Positions 49,931 through 53,789 of a stretch of DNA of 53,789 nt are shown piece after piece. This DNA is from Prorocentrum cordatum (Eukaryota). Below the pieces are notes generated by a model. That model saw only the letters and a list, made by a program, of their open reading frames with translations. It ran no database searches and had not been told where the DNA came from. The DNA lies in NCBI GenBank assembly GCA_963575745.1, contig CAUYUJ010000287.1, forward strand, positions 62,001 through 115,789. Reading direction: 5' to 3'. How positions within the stretch are numbered: position 1 is the first letter of the stretch; the number at the start of each line of letters is the position of its first letter. A program made the translations under genes and the position numbers.

Positions 49931-50009
49931 TACACGGATGCAACTTTAGTCTGGCGAAAAACGGAAATGTATGCTATGGCGAATGCCGCAAATGTGGGTG
50001 TCGTTTTCC

Positions 50010-50745
50010 GTGGAGCTCCCTCTGGGGCCACGAAGCGCTGTATTGGGCGAGGGAACCGCATGCGGACTGCGCCATTGGGACCTTCGGTGGAGCTCCCTCT
50101 GGGGCCAAGAAGCGCTTCACTGCGCGGGTGAACCGCATGCGGACTGCGCCACTGGGGCTTTCGGTGGAGCTTCCTATGGGGCAACGAATCGTTGCACTGG
50201 GCGGGGGGATGCGCATGCGGGCTGCGCCATGGGGATCTTCGGTGGAGCTCCCTCTGGGGCCACGAAGCGCTTCACTGTGCGGGTGAACCGCATGCAGACT
50301 GCGCCACTGGGGCTTTCGGTGGAGCTTCCTATGGGGCAACGAATCGTTGCACTGGGCGGGGCGATGCGCATGCGGGCTGCGCCATTGGGACCTTCGGTGG
50401 GGTTCCCTCCGGGGCCACGAATCGCTGTACTGGGTGTGGTCCCACACGCGGACTGCGCCACTGGGATTTTCGGTGGGAGCCCCTCTGCGGCCACGAAACG
50501 CTGTACTGGGCGGGTGGACCGCATGCGGACTGCGCCACCGGGACTTTCGGTGGAGCTCTCTCTGGGGCCAAGAATCGCTGTACTGGGTGTGGTTTCCGCA
50601 TGCGGACTGCACCAGTGGGACCTTCAATGGAGTTCCCTCTCCCTCTGGGGTTACGAAGCGCTGTAGTGGGTGGGGTAGACGCGTGCGGACTGCGCCACTG
50701 GGACTTTCGGTGGAGCTCCCTCTGGGGCCACGAAGCGCCGTACTG
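50010..50745 (-). repeat. Satellite A variant (~80-bp units), inverted
   Basis: TTCGGTGGAGCTCCCTCTGGGGCCACGAAGCGCTGTA is the reverse complement of the satellite A core. Confidence 0.9.
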
Positions 50746-51435
50746 AGCGCTACGGAGGAGGGAGGAGAGGAGAGGGGAGGAGGACTTTAAAAGAGGCTGG
50801 GCACAAGGTGAGAAATAGCGAGCGTTTGTCCGCGGCCGTTTGTCCTCAAGCGGCTGGCGGCCGACATATGACTGCACCTCATCGCGAGGCGCACTATTTG
50901 CCATTGAGACCAAAAACATATTCGCTTGACATGGTTCGTCGCTCCCTCGTCTCTCTCCCGCTCTTGGGACTATCGCTACTATAGTATAACACAATTGGAT
51001 ACGGGCACCTTTTTAGGCGAAGCATCTGGTCGTTCCTCAGCCCCCTTCAAACTTGGTAGCGGAGCGGTCCTTTGGAGGACACCTATCGCTTGACTCCTCA
51101 CCATCCTCGGCACTATTTGGTGGACTACTGACATGGTGGAACATCAGAGTACAGTGGCTCTGCGCGGAAGAATGTACATATATACGCACAGTCACAAGGA
51201 CACTTGCAGTACAATCTCTGCTCACGCGGAGGTCTCCTGCATGAGTCCTACCTCCCCGCGGTACTACATTCCTGAAGTCCGCCCACGTACTTCAATTGGT
51301 ATTCTCCTCGAATATACGATGCATGATCTGACATGCGCCGCCTCCGCCACCACGCGAGCTGACGGCAACGTCACCTCATAAACAACAGCCACACACTACC
51401 GACTACGACATACGAGGCCCTTGGATTGACATTAC

Positions 51436-52670
51436 CACTGTATAGGATCCTGTAGAGATCCGATACAGACTGTATAGGATCCTATACAGATCCGATACAG
51501 ACTGTATAGGATCTTGCACATATCGGATACAGAGTGTAAAGGGTCCCGCACATATCCGATACAGACTGTATAGGATCCTACACAGATCCGATACAGACTG
51601 TATGGGGTCCTGTAGAGATCCGATACAGACCGTATAGGATCCTATACAGATCCGATATTGACTGTATCGGATCCTAAACAGATCCGAAGCAGACTGTATA
51701 GGATCCCACACAGATCCGATACTGACTGTATAGGATCCTATACATATCCGATACAGACTGTATAGAACCCTATACAGATCCGATACAGACTGTATAGGAT
51801 CTTGCACATATCGGATACAGAGTGTAAAGGGTCCCGCACATATCCGATACAGACTGTATAGGATCCTACACAGATCCGATACAGCTGTATAGGATCCTAA
51901 ACAGATCCGATACAGACTGTATGGGATCCTATGCTGATCCGATACAGACTGTATAGGATCCTGCACAGATCCGATACAGACTGTATAGGATCCCGCACAG
52001 ATCCGATGCAGGCTTTATAGGATCCTATACAGATCCGATACAGACTGTATGGGGTCCTATACAGATCCGACACTGACTGTATATGATCCTATACAGATCC
52101 GATACAGACTGTATAGGGTTCCATACATATCCAATACTGACTGTATCGGATCCTAAACAGATCCGATACAGACTGTATGGGGTCCTATACAGATCCGATA
52201 CAGACTGTTTAGGATCCTAGACAGATCCGATACAGACTGTATGGGATCCTATACAGATCCGATATAGACTGTATAGGATCGTATACAGAGCCAACACAGA
52301 CTGTATAGGATCCCGTAGGAATTCTATAGGCCTCCATCGGAACTCTATAGGCCCCCATAGGAATTCTATAGACCTCCTCACGAATTCTATAGCCCCCCAT
52401 AGGAATTCTATACGCCTCCATAGGAATTCTATAGGCCTCTATCGGAATTCCATAGCCCTCCATACGACTTCTATATAGGCCTCCATCGGGATTCTATACG
52501 CTTCCATGGGAATTCTATATACCTCTATCTGAATTCTATAGGCCTCCATCGGAATTCTATAGGCACCCATTGGAATTCCGAAATTGGCGCAGCCGCTGGG
52601 GCCTTCGGCGGAGCTCCCCGAGGGGGGCCACGATCCTCGTGAGGGGTGTGCCGAAATGGGCGCAGCCGCT
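51436..52670 (+). repeat. 32-bp satellite, then 21-bp satellite, then ~75-bp unit
   Basis: CAGATCCGATACAGACTGTATAGGATCCTATA to ~52315, then GGAATTCTATAGGCCTCC units. 52320-52670 parallels ~41720-42070. Confidence 0.9.
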
Positions 52671-53389
52671 CCTAGGGTATCCTCAGCCTTCCAGGGGCGT
52701 CCGCAGCGTTCTGGAACTTTTGGGTCGTTCAGGATAGGCCCGGAGCGTGATGGGGCCTCCTGGGGCCTTGTGGGACCTCGCGGGGCATCCTGGGACCTCC
52801 TGGAGCGTCCTGGAATCTCCTTAAGATTTCCACGGCCTCCGGGGACGTCCTGAAGCCTCCTGGAGCTTCCTGATGCCTCCTGAGACCTCCTGGGGCCTCT
52901 TGGCGGCTCTCTAAGAGGCCACGCGCGGGGCTTCAAAATTGGCGACAGTTTCAAGGATGGGAGCCTTCCCATTGAGAAAGAGGGCGCGGTGGACGTTGAA
53001 AAATGACGACAGTTACACACTTGAGGCCCAAAGCCATGCCGGGCGCCCTCCCCCGCCATTCCCGGTTCTGCATAGTAGGGTGCGATTTGCCCCCTCCCCG
53101 CTGTCCCGCCGGTCCCCGGGATGGTTCGTTTTCTGGTTTTCGCTGGTAAGAAACACTTCCCCCCCCCCTCTCGGCGGTGACGGAGGGCAGGCGGCGGGGG
53201 AGAGCGGGTTGGCAGGGTGGCTGGTTGGGCACGGAGAGCAGACGGAGGGGATCGGCTGGTTGGCGGGATGACGGGGTGGGCGGCTGGGCTGGTTGGCTGA
53301 CGGGTTGGCTACGTGGCGGGGTGGCCGGGTGGGCTGGCTGGCTGGTTGGACGGGTTGGCAGGTTGAGCTGGCTAGGGCAACTGGTTTCG

Positions 53390-53477
<88 letters not shown>

Positions 53478-53478
53478 A

Positions 53479-53576
<98 letters not shown>

Positions 53577-53582
53577 ACTACT

Positions 53583-53644
<62 letters not shown>

Positions 53645-53675
53645 GTACTACTACTACTACTACTGCTACGACTGT

Positions 53676-53721
<46 letters not shown>

Positions 53722-53789
53722 GCGACGACGACGACTACACCTACTACTGAACTACTACTACTACTACTACTACTACTGTACTACTACTA
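53390..53789. repeat. (TAC)n microsatellite
   Basis: Direct reading. Confidence 0.97.

Noticed and set aside
53390..53789. Telomere at the window end
   Set aside because: The repeat is (TAC)n, not the TTTAGGG-type telomeric repeat.

Overview
Eukaryotic, repeat-dense genomic DNA, very probably from a dinoflagellate: it carries near-perfect copies of the dinoflagellate spliced leader (DCCGTAGCCATTTTGGCTCAAG) and putative GC-AG and GA-AG introns. Most of the window is triplet microsatellite, complex satellite and decayed non-LTR retrotransposon, and most ORF-track entries are artefacts of these. The main result is an 11.9-kb DNA transposon at 20463-32363. It splits a copy of a dispersed repeat whose empty site is visible elsewhere in the window, and it has a 5-bp target-site duplication (ATGCC), TC...GA ends and offset imperfect inverted repeats. 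It encodes a ~1400-1465 aa, two-intron, divergent DDE-like (hAT-like motif order) transposase and two mutually paralogous accessory genes of unknown function. Each gene sits behind a genomic spliced-leader-like motif. A 980-bp non-autonomous element with the same end architecture lies at 14493-15472, and transposase intron 1 is itself a TIR-bounded, introner-like insertion. All alignments were done by eye; no database search was possible.
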